64,000 bases of DNA. Source: Bythopirellula sp. Lineage in GTDB: Bacteria; Planctomycetota; Planctomycetia; Pirellulales; Lacipirellulaceae. Below are positions 19,723 through 30,236 of this stretch, one piece after another. The stretch's first letter is position 1. The number at the start of each line of letters is the position of its first letter. The notes beneath the pieces were generated by a model. That model was given only the letters and a program-made list of their open reading frames with translations, was not told where the DNA came from and made no database searches. A program made the position numbers and the translations under genes. The stretch lies in the NCBI GenBank assembly GCA_965216565.1, contig OZ244170.1, positions 1,344,001 to 1,408,000 on the forward strand. The letters run 5' to 3'.

Positions 19723-21180
19723 TTACGCCTCGCTTTTCGAAGATTCCGCGAAATCTACAATCCGGCTGAGCATGCCTTGGAAAATAATGACGTGCAGCGG
19801 GTAGAGTGCATACCAGTAAATGATTCCCCACAAGCCCACCGGATCGAATATCGCCGTCTGGCGAATGGATGAACCATCTTCTTCTGGCTCTACTTCAAAC
19901 TCGAGCCATGCGCGACCGGGCACTTTCATTTCTGCCAGCAACCGCAATTTACGATCAGGCACGTATTCCTCCACTCGCCACCAATCCAGCACGTCGCCCA
20001 CGCAGAGATGATCCGGGTCGCGCCGACCACGTCGAATTCCCACACCACCACAAATGAGGTCGATCCAGCCGCGTAGCGTCCAGAGGAAGTCCGTAAAGTA
20101 CCATCCATTTTTGCCGCCGATGCGTCGAATGGGTGTGAAAGCTTCGGCCGGCCAGGCATCAGCGTGCATCGCGCGGGTATCGATGATTCGGTTGCCAAAA
20201 CGCACGCCTCCCCAATTGCGGACTCCTCGGGCTGAAGAGAGCGCATCGGACCACCTTGTTTGCGTGAGCTCGTGGTCTTCGTTGATGATCGCGCGCTGGA
20301 TTGCTTCGCTGAAACCACGCGGTTTCACTGGGAATTCGTCGAGGGCGGAGTGATCCTTGATGATCGTGGGATTGCGTAGACTATCGACGAGTTTTCGTCC
20401 CACGCGGGCGTACACCGGAGTGACAAGACCCAACCATAGGCTAGAGAGTCTCGGTGTCAGTACTGGCACAGAAATCAGCCATCGCCGGAGACCTCGCTGA
20501 CGTGCCCACTCCTGCATGATGTCGCCATAGCTGACTTGGTCGGGACCACCGATTTCAAAAACCCGACTTTCCGAGCCTTTCCAGTCGAGGGCAGCCAGCA
20601 AATAAGCCAGCAAGTCTTCGATCGCGATCGGCTGCGTTTGTACGCTGACCCATTTCGGGCAAATCATCACGGGCAGCCTTTGAACCAAAGCCCGCACTAA
20701 TTCGAAAGAGAGGCTTCCCGAGCCAATCACAATCGACGCTCGAAATTCAATAACTGTGCATCCCGATTCTTTGAGAATCTCGCCGACTTCATGTCGACTA
20801 CGAAGATGAGGAGAAAGTTGTTCATCATCATCGCCTAGGCCACCAAGATAGACAATTCGCTTCAGACCCGCTTTACGAGCAGCCTCTGCAAAGTTCCGAG
20901 CAGCAATTCGGTCTCTCTCTTCAAAAGAACCGCTTGCGCCCATGGAATGCACCAAATAGTACGCGGTCTCGATCCCATCGAAAGCACCCACTAGTGAATC
21001 GGCGTCAAGTACGTCACCTTGAACTATCTCAGCTGCTAGGTTCGTGCAGTCTCCTAGATTCTTCGGCTGCCGAACCAGGCAACGTACTTGTTGGCCTTGA
21101 GACTCGAGCAATGGCAACAACCTACCGCCAACGTAGCCGGTGGCTCCGGTGAGTAAAATTGTCGCGGTCGTGTCGCTCAT
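19723..21180 (-). CDS. Atypical SDR family oxidoreductase with C-terminal DUF2867 (YbjT-like)
   Basis: TGATGYVG, YYLVHSM, SPHLRSR, RIGGKNGWY, LLAEMKVPGRAWL. ATGA overlap with the upstream gene. Confidence 0.88.
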   Translation of the reverse strand: MSDTTATILLTGATGYVGGRLLPLLESQGQQVRCLVRQPKNLGDCTNLAAEIVQGDVLDADSLVGAFDGIETAYYLVHSMGASGSFEERDRIAARNFAEAARKAGLKRIVYLGGLGDDDEQLSPHLRSRHEVGEILKESGCTVIEFRASIVIGSGSLSFELVRALVQRLPVMICPKWVSVQTQPIAIEDLLAYLLAALDWKGSESRVFEIGGPDQVSYGDIMQEWARQRGLRRWLISVPVLTPRLSSLWLGLVTPVYARVGRKLVDSLRNPTIIKDHSALDEFPVKPRGFSEAIQRAIINEDHELTQTRWSDALSSARGVRNWGGVRFGNRIIDTRAMHADAWPAEAFTPIRRIGGKNGWYFTDFLWTLRGWIDLICGGVGIRRGRRDPDHLCVGDVLDWWRVEEYVPDRKLRLLAEMKVPGRAWLEFEVEPEEDGSSIRQTAIFDPVGLWGIIYWYALYPLHVIIFQGMLSRIVDFAESSKSEA

Positions 21181-21671
21181 GACAAAGTGTTTACTGACTG
21201 TGTGATTGCTGAATTGGCTACTGCAGTGCTGATGACTTGACCAACCATCCAAATGACCAAGAGTCCACGCACTGACCAAGCAGCCGTACGAAACCAATTC
21301 CCGCGAACCAAGCGTTGCTGGACTTGCTCGTCATACGATAAGGCGAGGGTCGCATGTTGAGGCACTTGGACGCCGTAGGTGGTTAACCAGATGGAAACCA
21401 ATAGCACCATGCCGATCCACAGCGTGATCGGCTCCAGTCCGACGGGACGACACCAGATCAGGATGATAGCAGTTGCCAGCTCCGTCAGCATCCCCGGCCC
21501 AACAATCCAAGCGACGAGCCGCTGATGGTCCATCTCGTAACGCCGAAAACTACTGCGTCCCACTCTAGAAAACAGAGGGTAATGAACGATCTGGACAAAC
21601 CAGATGAGGCCGACCATCGCAAGAGTCGCGGCAACATGCAACAGTAAAATCCATTTTTCCAATTCCGTCAT
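21177..21671 (-). CDS. Four-TM membrane protein
   Basis: GLIWFVQIVHYPLF, QVPQH and NWFRTAAW motifs; four hydrophobic helices. Confidence 0.8.
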   Translation of the reverse strand: MTELEKWILLLHVAATLAMVGLIWFVQIVHYPLFSRVGRSSFRRYEMDHQRLVAWIVGPGMLTELATAIILIWCRPVGLEPITLWIGMVLLVSIWLTTYGVQVPQHATLALSYDEQVQQRLVRGNWFRTAAWSVRGLLVIWMVGQVISTAVANSAITQSVNTLS

Positions 21672-21703
21672 TCTAGGTCCTTAGAGCCACTGGTTATGTT
21701 CGT

Positions 21704-22444
21704 CTACGTAAGTTTCGCACGCACGTGCTCGCGGTTCAGTTTTGCTATCCAGTCCAAGCTGATTTCCTTGGGGCACGCAGCGGAGCACGCGCCTGTGTTG
21801 GTGCACGCGCCGAATTTCTCCTTATCCATCTGCACGATCATCCGCCCCGCTCGCTCAGCACGTTCAACTTCTCCTTGTGGAAGTGTTGCCAGATGTGAGA
21901 CTTTTGCAGCCGTGAAGAGCATGGCGGAAGCATTCTTGCATGCAGCAACACAGGCACCACAGCCAATACAGGCTGCCGCGTCCATCGCATCTTCGGCCGT
22001 TTGCTGCGGAATTGGCAGAGCATTTCCGTCAGGGGCACCGCCGGTGTTCGCCGATACATATCCCCCTGCCTGGATGATCCGATCGAAAGCGCTTCGATCA
22101 ACCATTAGGTCCTTAATAATTGGGAAGGCCGCCGCTCTGAAGGGTTCCAAATAAAGGTTGTCGCCGTCTCGAAAATTTCGCAGAAAGGTCTGACAGGACG
22201 TCGATGCTTTTTGTGGTCCGTGCGGAACGCCGTTGATAACCATGGAGCAACTGCCACAAATGCCCTCGCGGCAATCGTGATCATAGACGACAGGTTCGTT
22301 ACCCGTCGCAATCAATTCTTCGTTGATCTTGTCCAGCAACTCCAGGACCGACATATCTGGAGAGAGATTGTGTGCAGGATAAGCCAACATCTCTCCTTGA
22401 TTGTCGGAGCGATCTTGCCGCCATACGTGTACGGTGAGATTCAT
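21704..22444 (-). CDS. sdhB: Succinate dehydrogenase/fumarate reductase iron-sulfur subunit
   Basis: [33 protein letters not shown]. Confidence 0.95.
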   Translation of the reverse strand: MNLTVHVWRQDRSDNQGEMLAYPAHNLSPDMSVLELLDKINEELIATGNEPVVYDHDCREGICGSCSMVINGVPHGPQKASTSCQTFLRNFRDGDNLYLEPFRAAAFPIIKDLMVDRSAFDRIIQAGGYVSANTGGAPDGNALPIPQQTAEDAMDAAACIGCGACVAACKNASAMLFTAAKVSHLATLPQGEVERAERAGRMIVQMDKEKFGACTNTGACSAACPKEISLDWIAKLNREHVRAKLT

Positions 22445-24372
22445 TACTTATAGTTCCTCACAGCCAGTTCAACGGTCTCCAACTCAAGCGGTTCTTCATG
22501 CAAGATAGGAGCTGAATCGACGCCCCTAAACTGCCAAGCCGAAACGTTGCAGTACTCTTCGTCATTGCGTTTCGCTTCACCTTGCTCCGTTTGATGTTCC
22601 TCGCGGAAGTGAGCCCCGCAAGATTCGTCACGGGCTAAGGCGTCGTGGCACATGACCTCGGCGAACTCAAGAAAGTCGGCCACGCGTCCTGTGTGTTCCA
22701 ACGCGCTGTTCATATCCTCGTGAGCACCTGGTGCGGCGACGTCAGCGTAGAACTCTTCACGCAGCCTGGGTATGCGAGACAATGCGTCTCGGAGCCCCTG
22801 TTCATGACGCGACATGCCGCATGCTTCAATCATCAGTTCTCCGAGTTGACGGTGAAAACTTGTGGCGGTACGTTTTCCACTACCAGACTGCAATCGCGCG
22901 ATCCTGGCTCGTGTTTCCGCTTCTGTCGTTTTGAATTCGACTTGATCGGGCTTCAGGCTACCTTGTGGCGATTGGGCAATGTAATCACTGATGGTGTATG
23001 GCAGTATGAAATAGCCATCGGCTAAACCCTGCATCAACGCACTGGCTCCCAATCGGTTGGCTCCGTGGTCCGAGAAATTCGCCTCGCCAATAACAAACAA
23101 TCCCGGCAGATTGCTCATTAAGTTGTAATCAACCCAAAGGCCGCCCATTGAATAATGAGGTGCCGGATAGATCCTCATTGGTGTAAGGTAAGGATCCTCA
23201 TCGGTAATGTGGCGATACATATCGAATAGATTGCCGTAGCGCTTTTGTATCGTTTCAACGCCAAAGTGTTCGATGGCGTCGGCAAAATCGAGATAGACTC
23301 CGCGACGGGTTGGTCCAACACCACGACCTTCGTCACAAACCTCCTTCGCCGATCGCGAGCTGATATCGCGAGGCGCGAGATTTCCGAAACTAGGATATTT
23401 TCGCTCCAGATAGTAGTCACGCTCGTCCTCGGGTATTTCGCGTGCCCGACGATCGTCTCCCTGTTGCTTAGGGACCCAGATTCGTCCGTCATTTCTGAGC
23501 GATTCCGACATGAGCGTCAACTTAGACTGATAGTCTCCGCTCGCTGGGATGCAGGTAGGATGAATTTGAGTGAAGCACGGATTCGCCATCGCCGCTCCAC
23601 GCTTGTATGCACGAAAAGCGGCCGTCACGTTGGAGGCTTTAGCATTGGTCGAGAGGTAGTAGACGTTGCTGTAGCCGCCCGTCGCCAAGACAATCGCATC
23701 TGCGGCAAAAGATTTGATCTCACCGGTTACCAAATTCCGCGTAACAATGCCCCGCGCGTGACCGTCGACAACCACTAGGTCTAGCATTTCCATTCGTGTG
23801 TGCTGAATTACTTGACCAGAGGCAATCTGTCGGCTCAGGGCTGAGTAAGCTCCCAGCAACAATTGCTGCCCGGTCTGCCCACGACAATAGAAGGTGCGGG
23901 AGACCTGCGCCCCACCAAATGAACGGTTTGCAAGTTGTCCTCCGTATTCGCGGGCGAAAGGAACACCTTGGGCAACGCATTGATCGATAATACTTGTACT
24001 GACTTGAGCAAGCCGGTAGACGTTTGCTTCGCGTGAACGGAAGTCGCCGCCTTTGATCGTGTCGTGGAACAATCGCCAGACGCTATCGCCATCGTTCTGG
24101 TAGTTTTTTGCCGCGTTGATCCCTCCTTGCGCGGCAATGCTGTGGGCTCGACGAGGACTGTCGTGAAACGTGAACGCCTCGACTTGATAACCTTGCTCGG
24201 CGAGCGACGCCGCAGCTGATGCCCCTGCAAGGCCGGTCCCAACAACGATGATTCGACGTTTACGCTTGTTTTTGGGGCTAACGAGTTTCATGTCCGCACG
24301 GTAACGCTCCCATTTCTGTTCCAGCGGGCCGTCGGGAATTTTAGCATCTAGCTGCCAATTATCAGTGATCAT
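22444..24372 (-). CDS. sdhA: Succinate dehydrogenase/fumarate reductase flavoprotein subunit
   Basis: [44 protein letters not shown]. Confidence 0.95.
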   Translation of the reverse strand: MITDNWQLDAKIPDGPLEQKWERYRADMKLVSPKNKRKRRIIVVGTGLAGASAAASLAEQGYQVEAFTFHDSPRRAHSIAAQGGINAAKNYQNDGDSVWRLFHDTIKGGDFRSREANVYRLAQVSTSIIDQCVAQGVPFAREYGGQLANRSFGGAQVSRTFYCRGQTGQQLLLGAYSALSRQIASGQVIQHTRMEMLDLVVVDGHARGIVTRNLVTGEIKSFAADAIVLATGGYSNVYYLSTNAKASNVTAAFRAYKRGAAMANPCFTQIHPTCIPASGDYQSKLTLMSESLRNDGRIWVPKQQGDDRRAREIPEDERDYYLERKYPSFGNLAPRDISSRSAKEVCDEGRGVGPTRRGVYLDFADAIEHFGVETIQKRYGNLFDMYRHITDEDPYLTPMRIYPAPHYSMGGLWVDYNLMSNLPGLFVIGEANFSDHGANRLGASALMQGLADGYFILPYTISDYIAQSPQGSLKPDQVEFKTTEAETRARIARLQSGSGKRTATSFHRQLGELMIEACGMSRHEQGLRDALSRIPRLREEFYADVAAPGAHEDMNSALEHTGRVADFLEFAEVMCHDALARDESCGAHFREEHQTEQGEAKRNDEEYCNVSAWQFRGVDSAPILHEEPLELETVELAVRNYK

Positions 24373-25139
24373 TGTGTGGCACCCTCTGTTGGCAGGCCAA
24401 TTAAACCAAGGAGTACGGCAAGCGGGATTGAAATATTGCCTAGCATCAAGATTGCCGCGACGCCCACGCCGACACGGTGAATGAGCCGACGGGAAGAGGC
24501 ACTTACTAGACCGAACGTCTGCAGCATGCTCGAGGTTGCGTGACTCAAATGCAATCCAAGAAAAAGCATGGCAAAGATGTAAGCGCCGGACACGTACATG
24601 TTGCTGAAGCTCAACACCACCATCGAGTAAACGTCGTGGCGACCTGCAGAGTCTATCAGCTGATGACTCTCCGGATTGGTTACTCCGAGCGTAAAATGCA
24701 GTAAATGGTAGATCAGGAAAGCGAAAATCACCAATCCACTCGATAACATTGTGCGGGACGCGAAGGAGGCACCAACTGGGTCTCTCACAACATACTGCTG
24801 AGGCCGGGCGGACTTATTCTGTTTTTTCAAATAGATGGCCAGCCCGAGGTGCAGAGTAAATATCGCTATTAATCCGATCCGCGCAGACCAGAGTGATGCT
24901 GGCATGCTTTTTAAAAATTTTGCGTAGGCATTTAAGGCTTCTTGGCCTAGATAGATTTGAAGGTTTCCCAGCATGTGAGTGGCTACGAAACCGATCAAAC
25001 CCGCACCGGTGATTGCCATCAAAAACTTCGCCGATACATAAGTGAGCGGAGCGTTTGTAGCCTGAGCCTGCGTGCTGCCGTGCACGGCTGTCACATCAGC
25101 AGTTATCGGTGGTGTTTTGTCGATTGTTGTGGTTACCAT
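24369..25139 (-). CDS. sdhC: Succinate dehydrogenase cytochrome b subunit (single-subunit, b558 type)
   Basis: [20 protein letters not shown] and LHLSHA heme-ligand His residues; five TM segments. Confidence 0.9.
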   Translation of the reverse strand: MVTTTIDKTPPITADVTAVHGSTQAQATNAPLTYVSAKFLMAITGAGLIGFVATHMLGNLQIYLGQEALNAYAKFLKSMPASLWSARIGLIAIFTLHLGLAIYLKKQNKSARPQQYVVRDPVGASFASRTMLSSGLVIFAFLIYHLLHFTLGVTNPESHQLIDSAGRHDVYSMVVLSFSNMYVSGAYIFAMLFLGLHLSHATSSMLQTFGLVSASSRRLIHRVGVGVAAILMLGNISIPLAVLLGLIGLPTEGATQ

Positions 25140-25259
25140 TGCTCTTGTTCCTTGTAGCCAAGCGGATAGACAGCATTGACTAGAAAGCAAACCGCCTACA
25201 ACACAGGGGGATTAACTCCTGAAAATGCTGTGCGGCAGTGCGTTGAGACAATCAGCATA

Positions 25260-25412
25260 CTACTGATCGCGAACATCGACGCGTCCTGCTTTCGCATTGC
25301 TGCACCGTTTACTACAGAAGCGGACCTCGCTCCAGCATCGGGACCATTTCTTCCGCCACGCAAAGGGCCGGCCACAGGCAACACAGATCTTCGTGGGGAG
25401 AGGCTTACGCAT
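25260..25412 (-). CDS. DUF2256 small zinc-ribbon-like protein
   Basis: [30 protein letters not shown]. Confidence 0.85.
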   Translation of the reverse strand: MRKPLPTKICVACGRPFAWRKKWSRCWSEVRFCSKRCSNAKAGRVDVRDQ

Positions 25413-25485
25413 AGTAGAATATTTCATTGCAACTGGATCTACACGCGGCAAGCAATTCAACCTAACCCCGCAGCTGTCGCTGATT

Positions 25486-25845
25486 TCACGCAAAGCTATT
25501 TTTCGCTAAGGCGGCAGCGGCAGTGCGAGCTCTCAGGCTCAGAGCTGGTAAACCGAACAGGATCCACACCTTGGAACCACGCTTGTACCCCATTGAAAAC
25601 ACAGGTTTGCTGGCGATCTGTATTTCCACCGCTGCACGGAGCTGATCAAGTGCAAACTTGATCTGGTGTAATCGTCTAAGCCGCTTGCCCCGTGGCAAGC
25701 CGAGCCGAAGCATTTTCAGCCCGGTTGCCACATCGGGGACTTCTACGACGATTGTGCGATCTACGCTGCGAATCGTCAGAGGGCAGGAATCGATTTCGCA
25801 CTGCAGATCAGCGCTAAACTCCAACGCTTTCAGATCGTAGGCCAT
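25486..25845 (-). CDS. Hypothetical protein
   Basis: ATG 2 bp after the upstream stop codon, suggesting coupling; no recognised family. Confidence 0.6.
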   Translation of the reverse strand: MAYDLKALEFSADLQCEIDSCPLTIRSVDRTIVVEVPDVATGLKMLRLGLPRGKRLRRLHQIKFALDQLRAAVEIQIASKPVFSMGYKRGSKVWILFGLPALSLRARTAAAALAKNSFA

Positions 25846-25847
25846 GA

Positions 25848-26060
25848 TTAGGCCTCAGCATGTTGGCCGTTGCGCGTCGTGATACGCAAAGTTCCATTCA
25901 TTTTCCACCTTGCGTGTTCAGCATCGGATGCTGTCGAACTCGGGATATGTAGTTCGAAATTGTCAAAATCGTAAGCGATTTCGGCATCGCGACCTGTCAG
26001 GCGGTCATAGAGTCCAATTGCTAGGTCTGGCCATGTTTTGGTGTCTTTAGTATCCGGCAT
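25848..26060 (-). CDS. Small hypothetical protein (TWPDLAIGLYDRLTG motif)
   Basis: GGAG RBS before ATG at 26060; compact globular-looking sequence. Confidence 0.7.
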   Translation of the reverse strand: MPDTKDTKTWPDLAIGLYDRLTGRDAEIAYDFDNFELHIPSSTASDAEHARWKMNGTLRITTRNGQHAEA

Positions 26061-26289
26061 GGTAGAAGTCTCCGAAATGGGGGTGAGTTGAGCCGGATTC
26101 GCTTCCGGCTTGCATCGGCACTTTAGATCGCGGAAACAGAAAGGCAAGTGCAGTATTTCAAGGAGATAGGCAGCTTGCGGGAGGTTAATCAGCTGCTAAT
26201 TTTACGGATGGTGCAATACGCACAAATAAACGTGACTGAGCGAGCACTTGAAAATAGTCGTTTCACGGTCAGCAGCGAAGGAGTTCGAT

Positions 26290-27063
26290 ATGAGCGAATC
26301 AACTGACAATTCTCAGATTTACTTAATCATGGGAGCTTCTGGAGGGATAGGTACCGCTTTGTCTCGGAGACTGCACGAGGCAGGACACAAAGTTCTTCTG
26401 GTTGCACGCGGCAGCGACAGGCTCGATGCTATGGCAAGTGAGTTGGAGACCAAGAAATGGGACATTGATGCTACGAACATCAAATCTGTGGAGAATTGTG
26501 TCGCGGAAGCTTCGCGTGAATTTGGCCGGATTGACGGAATTGTCAATTGCGTTGGGTCACTACTTTTGAAACCTGCGCATCTAACCAGTGAGCAGGAGTG
26601 GCACGAGACATTAGCGACAAACCTTACGTCCGCATTCGCAACCGTGCGAACCGCAGGGAAGATCATGGCAAAGCGCGGCGGATCGGTCGTGCTCATGTCC
26701 TCCGCCGCGGCCCGAATCGGACTTCCAAGTCACGAAGCGATTGCGGCAGCGAAAAGTGGGATTATTGGACTCGCTCAATCGGCAGCTGCTTCTTATGCAA
26801 GTCGTAATCTTCGTTTCAACGTTGTAGCTCCTGGACTCATCAAAACCAAGCTAACCAAAAAGATCTGGGAAAGTGACAAAGCCGCAGCAAATTCGACGGC
26901 ATTGCATGCATTAGGACGCCTTGGGCAGCCTGAAGACGTGGCTTCATTAATTGCTTGGTTACTCGACCCTGCCAATGCATGGGTAACTGGCGAAGTTTTT
27001 GGTGTTGATGGCGGTTTGGGTAACGTCCGGTCCTACCCAAAGGCAGCTGCAGAGAATCAATAG
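26290..27063 (+). CDS. Short-chain dehydrogenase/reductase
   Basis: GASGGIG, VNCVGS, HEAIAAAK (catalytic Tyr absent), NVVAPG, VTGEVFGVDGG. Confidence 0.9.
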   Translation: MSESTDNSQIYLIMGASGGIGTALSRRLHEAGHKVLLVARGSDRLDAMASELETKKWDIDATNIKSVENCVAEASREFGRIDGIVNCVGSLLLKPAHLTSEQEWHETLATNLTSAFATVRTAGKIMAKRGGSVVLMSSAAARIGLPSHEAIAAAKSGIIGLAQSAAASYASRNLRFNVVAPGLIKTKLTKKIWESDKAAANSTALHALGRLGQPEDVASLIAWLLDPANAWVTGEVFGVDGGLGNVRSYPKAAAENQ

Positions 27064-27621
27064 CCCTACGGGAGCTGTCTCTCGAGCCTCTGTACGACCC
27101 TTCCGGAGCCCACTAACCATCGCTAGAGCCTGAGGAACACCAGCAGGAATCAGCTCCTCAGCGGCGCACCATATGAATATCCGCTGGACTCGCTGGATGT
27201 TCTTATTGATGAACTTCCGTGAATGGCCTTTGGCGATCATTTCCTGCCGAACGGTCTTTAATCGTTGTGGCCCAAACTCAGCTGCCGGGGTCTCACCGTA
27301 TAGCTGCTTCATGATCCGGCAGATGTCCCGGATCATCTCATATTCGCGTGTGGGCTTACCATGCTTGCGATAATACTGCTTGGCGTGACTCAAATAGACA
27401 GCCATTACCTCAATGACACTGGTCTCTTGCTGACGACTACTTATGCCTAGGCCACCACTCTGGAGATACTCCGCTATTAAACGGCGATATTCACTCTTGC
27501 TAAACGCAGAGCCGTATTTGCCAAGATAAATGACCCGGTTGTTGAGACGCACGTAGGCAAGGTTCTTGCCCTTATGGCGGCAGTACTTGGGTACCCTCGA
27601 AGAAGAAGAGTTCGACATCAT
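27064..27621 (-). pseudogene. Truncated tyrosine recombinase/integrase (N-terminal domains only)
   Basis: PKYCRHK..AYVRL..IYLGKYGS, EFGPQRLKTVRQEM and GLRKGRTEARETAPV are planctomycete-type integrase N-terminal motifs. After PV the frame runs into the antisense of the SDR gene, and no R-HxxR-Y catalytic domain is present. Confidence 0.75.
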
Positions 27622-27640
27622 GCAACCTCCGAAATGCTAG

Positions 27641-27661
27641 AATTCTGTACCGTACAGAATT
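27641..27661. repeat. Perfect palindrome AATTCTGTAC-C-GTACAGAATT just upstream of the integrase RBS
   Basis: 10-bp arms with a 1-nt spacer, extended imperfectly by TGCTAG/CTAGCA (27635-27669). Confidence 0.8.
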
Positions 27662-27736
27662 TCCTAGCAGTTTCAGGCCGCACTGCCGAACATCGACAGG
27701 TAGACTAACGTGAAGTCTCGGCAAGACTTAGTAAAA

Positions 27737-27786
27737 GTGGCGGGGGCCGGATTCGAACCGACAACCTCGAGGTTATGAGCTTCGCG
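27737..27786 (-). pseudogene. 3' half of a tRNA-Met(CAT), probably initiator; att-site remnant
   Basis: Minus strand reads GAAGCTCATAACCTCGAGGTTGTCGGTTCGAATCCGGCCCCCGCCAC, giving anticodon loop, T-arm and acceptor 3' strand. No D-arm or 5' acceptor strand follows. Confidence 0.8.
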
Positions 27787-28629
27787 GGTTCCAATTGATA
27801 AAACATACTGCGCCTGAAGCACTTACATGAATCTACTCCGGGTTTGTGAGTGTTGCAAATGTTTGCAAACAGTCTCGAATAATAGCAAATAGTCTCAATA
27901 ATACTGACCTAAACCCAGCAACAGCTTTTCTACCAGCTTGAAAGGTTTAGGTTGAGATTAATGGCATAGTTTTCTGGCCAAGTGTTAGGTCTGGGTAAAT
28001 GATTTCTCTATTCAATGCGAGTCAGTCACGAGTGATATCAAGAGTCCAAGGAACCGGTTGGTGCGGAGGTCCTGGTGATACCCTGCTTTTTACAACACTG
28101 AGTGTTTGCGCCGCGTAGATCTAGCTTTCGCGTGCTGGTAAGTCCGACCTGTTTGACCAATCTCAACTCGTTACGTGCCAATGTTAGGGCAATCACGTAG
28201 ATTGGATGCCATCGCCTTGATGGCGCTTGGAGCGAATATTTATAGGGCTTCGAATCGAACACATTTTGCATCGAGGAGTACGTCTTGTGCGCAAGAATCG
28301 ACCTTTCGGTTTCGAGCGAATTCCATGCGAGGTGGTGATCACCTAGTATGAAATTGAGAGAGGGGAAGCCGACAATTTCGGACACAATATCTGGCAGTGG
28401 TCATGGTTACCTCCGCACTGTCGCAAATCAACGCTTCGGCGTGCTCAACCGAAGCGGTTATTTCAAGTAAAGTTTATTGCTTCGGTCAAAAGGACCTAAG
28501 CGTCTGCGATAACTACTATGTTTGCACGGTCGATGCAGGCGGCTCTTAGATGCATAGAGCGAAAGTAACAGCGGATGTGCTCACCTCCAGCATGAGGTGC
28601 ACCGCATTAGTAGTCGAATCCGCGATATT

Positions 28630-30111
28630 CTAAGGGGATTCTGAAGAAGTCATATCAACCAGGACTTCGCATCCCACAACACGCTCGACCTGGGCAACGG
28701 TGCCTGCGAGCGTCGCTTCTGCTCTTGCCACTTGTAGTTCAAACATCAACAGCTCTGTAAAGCCGTCTGCAACTTCTCCGAAATCGACTTGTCGCCCGCG
28801 ATAGTCAGCAGAGGCAAGCTGTAGAGTTTTCTTTGCACGTGGCAGGATGCGGTCGCTGTAAAGTCGCAATTGCTCATCGGCGGCATAAGCTTGTTCGGTA
28901 AGGCGACGAATCTGCCGAAACGTATCATCGCGGGCGGCACTAAATTCACGCGATGAGGCGGCGACTTCTGAGGAGGCTTCGCGAATCGAGGCGTTAATGC
29001 GATTCTTCCAAATGGGCAATGTTAATCCAACCATGAAATTGATATTGTCGTGACCGTTAGCCACAGCCGAGACGGCGTCTGTCTCGGTGATTGTCTGCCA
29101 ACCAGCACCAAATACAAAGTCGGGGTATTTATTCAGACAGGCGAGTTGCTGCTTTTGTCGATCGCGCGATATCATCCAGCGTTGCTCCTGTAGCCGGGGG
29201 CTGCACTGCTCGGCAGCGGCAAACAACGCATCTAAGTGAGCGGACACTCCCGACACATTGATCTGGTCGACCGGTTCGATGCCCACCAACGTCGGTTGCT
29301 GAATGAGAGCTGCAAGATCGGCCTGAGCAACGGCTTTTTGGCGACGCAGTCCGATGAGACGCTCATCGAGAGAGTCAACTTGCAACTGAGCCCGGAGCAC
29401 GTCTTGTCCGCTGCCACCTGCGGCGTTCCGCGCTTCGGCGATCTTGATGAGTTCGACGGCAATCTCTCGGTTTTGTTGCGTGATCTCAATAGCGCGATCG
29501 GCGAACCAAAGTTCATAGTAGGCCAAGCGGACCATCTCTTCGATCTGAAGTTCCAGTTGTGCAAGTTTTGCTGCCGCAATCTGAACTTCCCGGCAGGCAA
29601 TTGCTTCCTTCGTCCAGCGCTTTTCGGGCCAGGGATATTTTTGTGCTAGGGAGAGTGTGTTACCGGCGCGTCCCGCTGCCGTTTGCAGCGCCTGATCTGA
29701 GATTGGGTAGAAGCTATTGGAAAGCAGAGGGTCTTCAAGTGAACGTGCCTGCGGAACACGATTGGAAGCGGCCGCCACTCTTGCTCTGGCTGCGCGAATG
29801 CGGGGGTGGTTTGAAATGGCAACGTCAATGAAATACTCCTCCGAAAGCTGACCAACCGGCGGCAACGTTTCTGGGAGCGGCGCGGCTACGGACTCCGACA
29901 GTTCCAGAGTGTGGTGATCCACATTCTGCTTCGGCCCAGACTCATGTTGAACCAGTTCGATCGGCTCGCTGGCGCATGATGTTCGATCGGCCTTTGCATC
30001 CGTAGCTGGGGGGCTAGCAGCCACTTGCCCATTCGGCATCGTCCGGCATCCGGGACAGCTAAGCAAAACCACCAGTAGAAGAGTCGAGATATATGTAATT
30101 TGACGCTGCAA
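28630..30111 (-). CDS. TolC/CusC-family outer membrane efflux protein (lipoprotein)
   Basis: Lipobox-like N-terminus, NHPRIRAARAR, LTLPIW, OEP helical repeats. Confidence 0.88.
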   Translation of the reverse strand: MQRQITYISTLLLVVLLSCPGCRTMPNGQVAASPPATDAKADRTSCASEPIELVQHESGPKQNVDHHTLELSESVAAPLPETLPPVGQLSEEYFIDVAISNHPRIRAARARVAAASNRVPQARSLEDPLLSNSFYPISDQALQTAAGRAGNTLSLAQKYPWPEKRWTKEAIACREVQIAAAKLAQLELQIEEMVRLAYYELWFADRAIEITQQNREIAVELIKIAEARNAAGGSGQDVLRAQLQVDSLDERLIGLRRQKAVAQADLAALIQQPTLVGIEPVDQINVSGVSAHLDALFAAAEQCSPRLQEQRWMISRDRQKQQLACLNKYPDFVFGAGWQTITETDAVSAVANGHDNINFMVGLTLPIWKNRINASIREASSEVAASSREFSAARDDTFRQIRRLTEQAYAADEQLRLYSDRILPRAKKTLQLASADYRGRQVDFGEVADGFTELLMFELQVARAEATLAGTVAQVERVVGCEVLVDMTSSESP

Positions 30112-30236
30112 GACTCAAAGCCCCTCTAATAAGACGGCATTTCTCGATGAAACTACCGTTGTTCTCAACTTGCACTGGATCAGGCTCCCGCGTTTAATGG
30201 GGGGAGAGAACGACCCGTATTCCTTCATCGACTACT

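Noticed and set aside
26959..27063. C-terminal ~35 aa of the 220-aa integrase ORF
   Set aside because: It is simply the antisense of the SDR gene 3' end, read through after the truncation.
27737..27810. Complete tRNA-Met gene
   Set aside because: Only the anticodon loop through the acceptor 3' strand is present; no D-arm or 5' strand. Treated as an att remnant.
28038..28385. 115-aa ORF near the att arm
   Set aside because: No recognisable motif; likely decayed or non-coding DNA.
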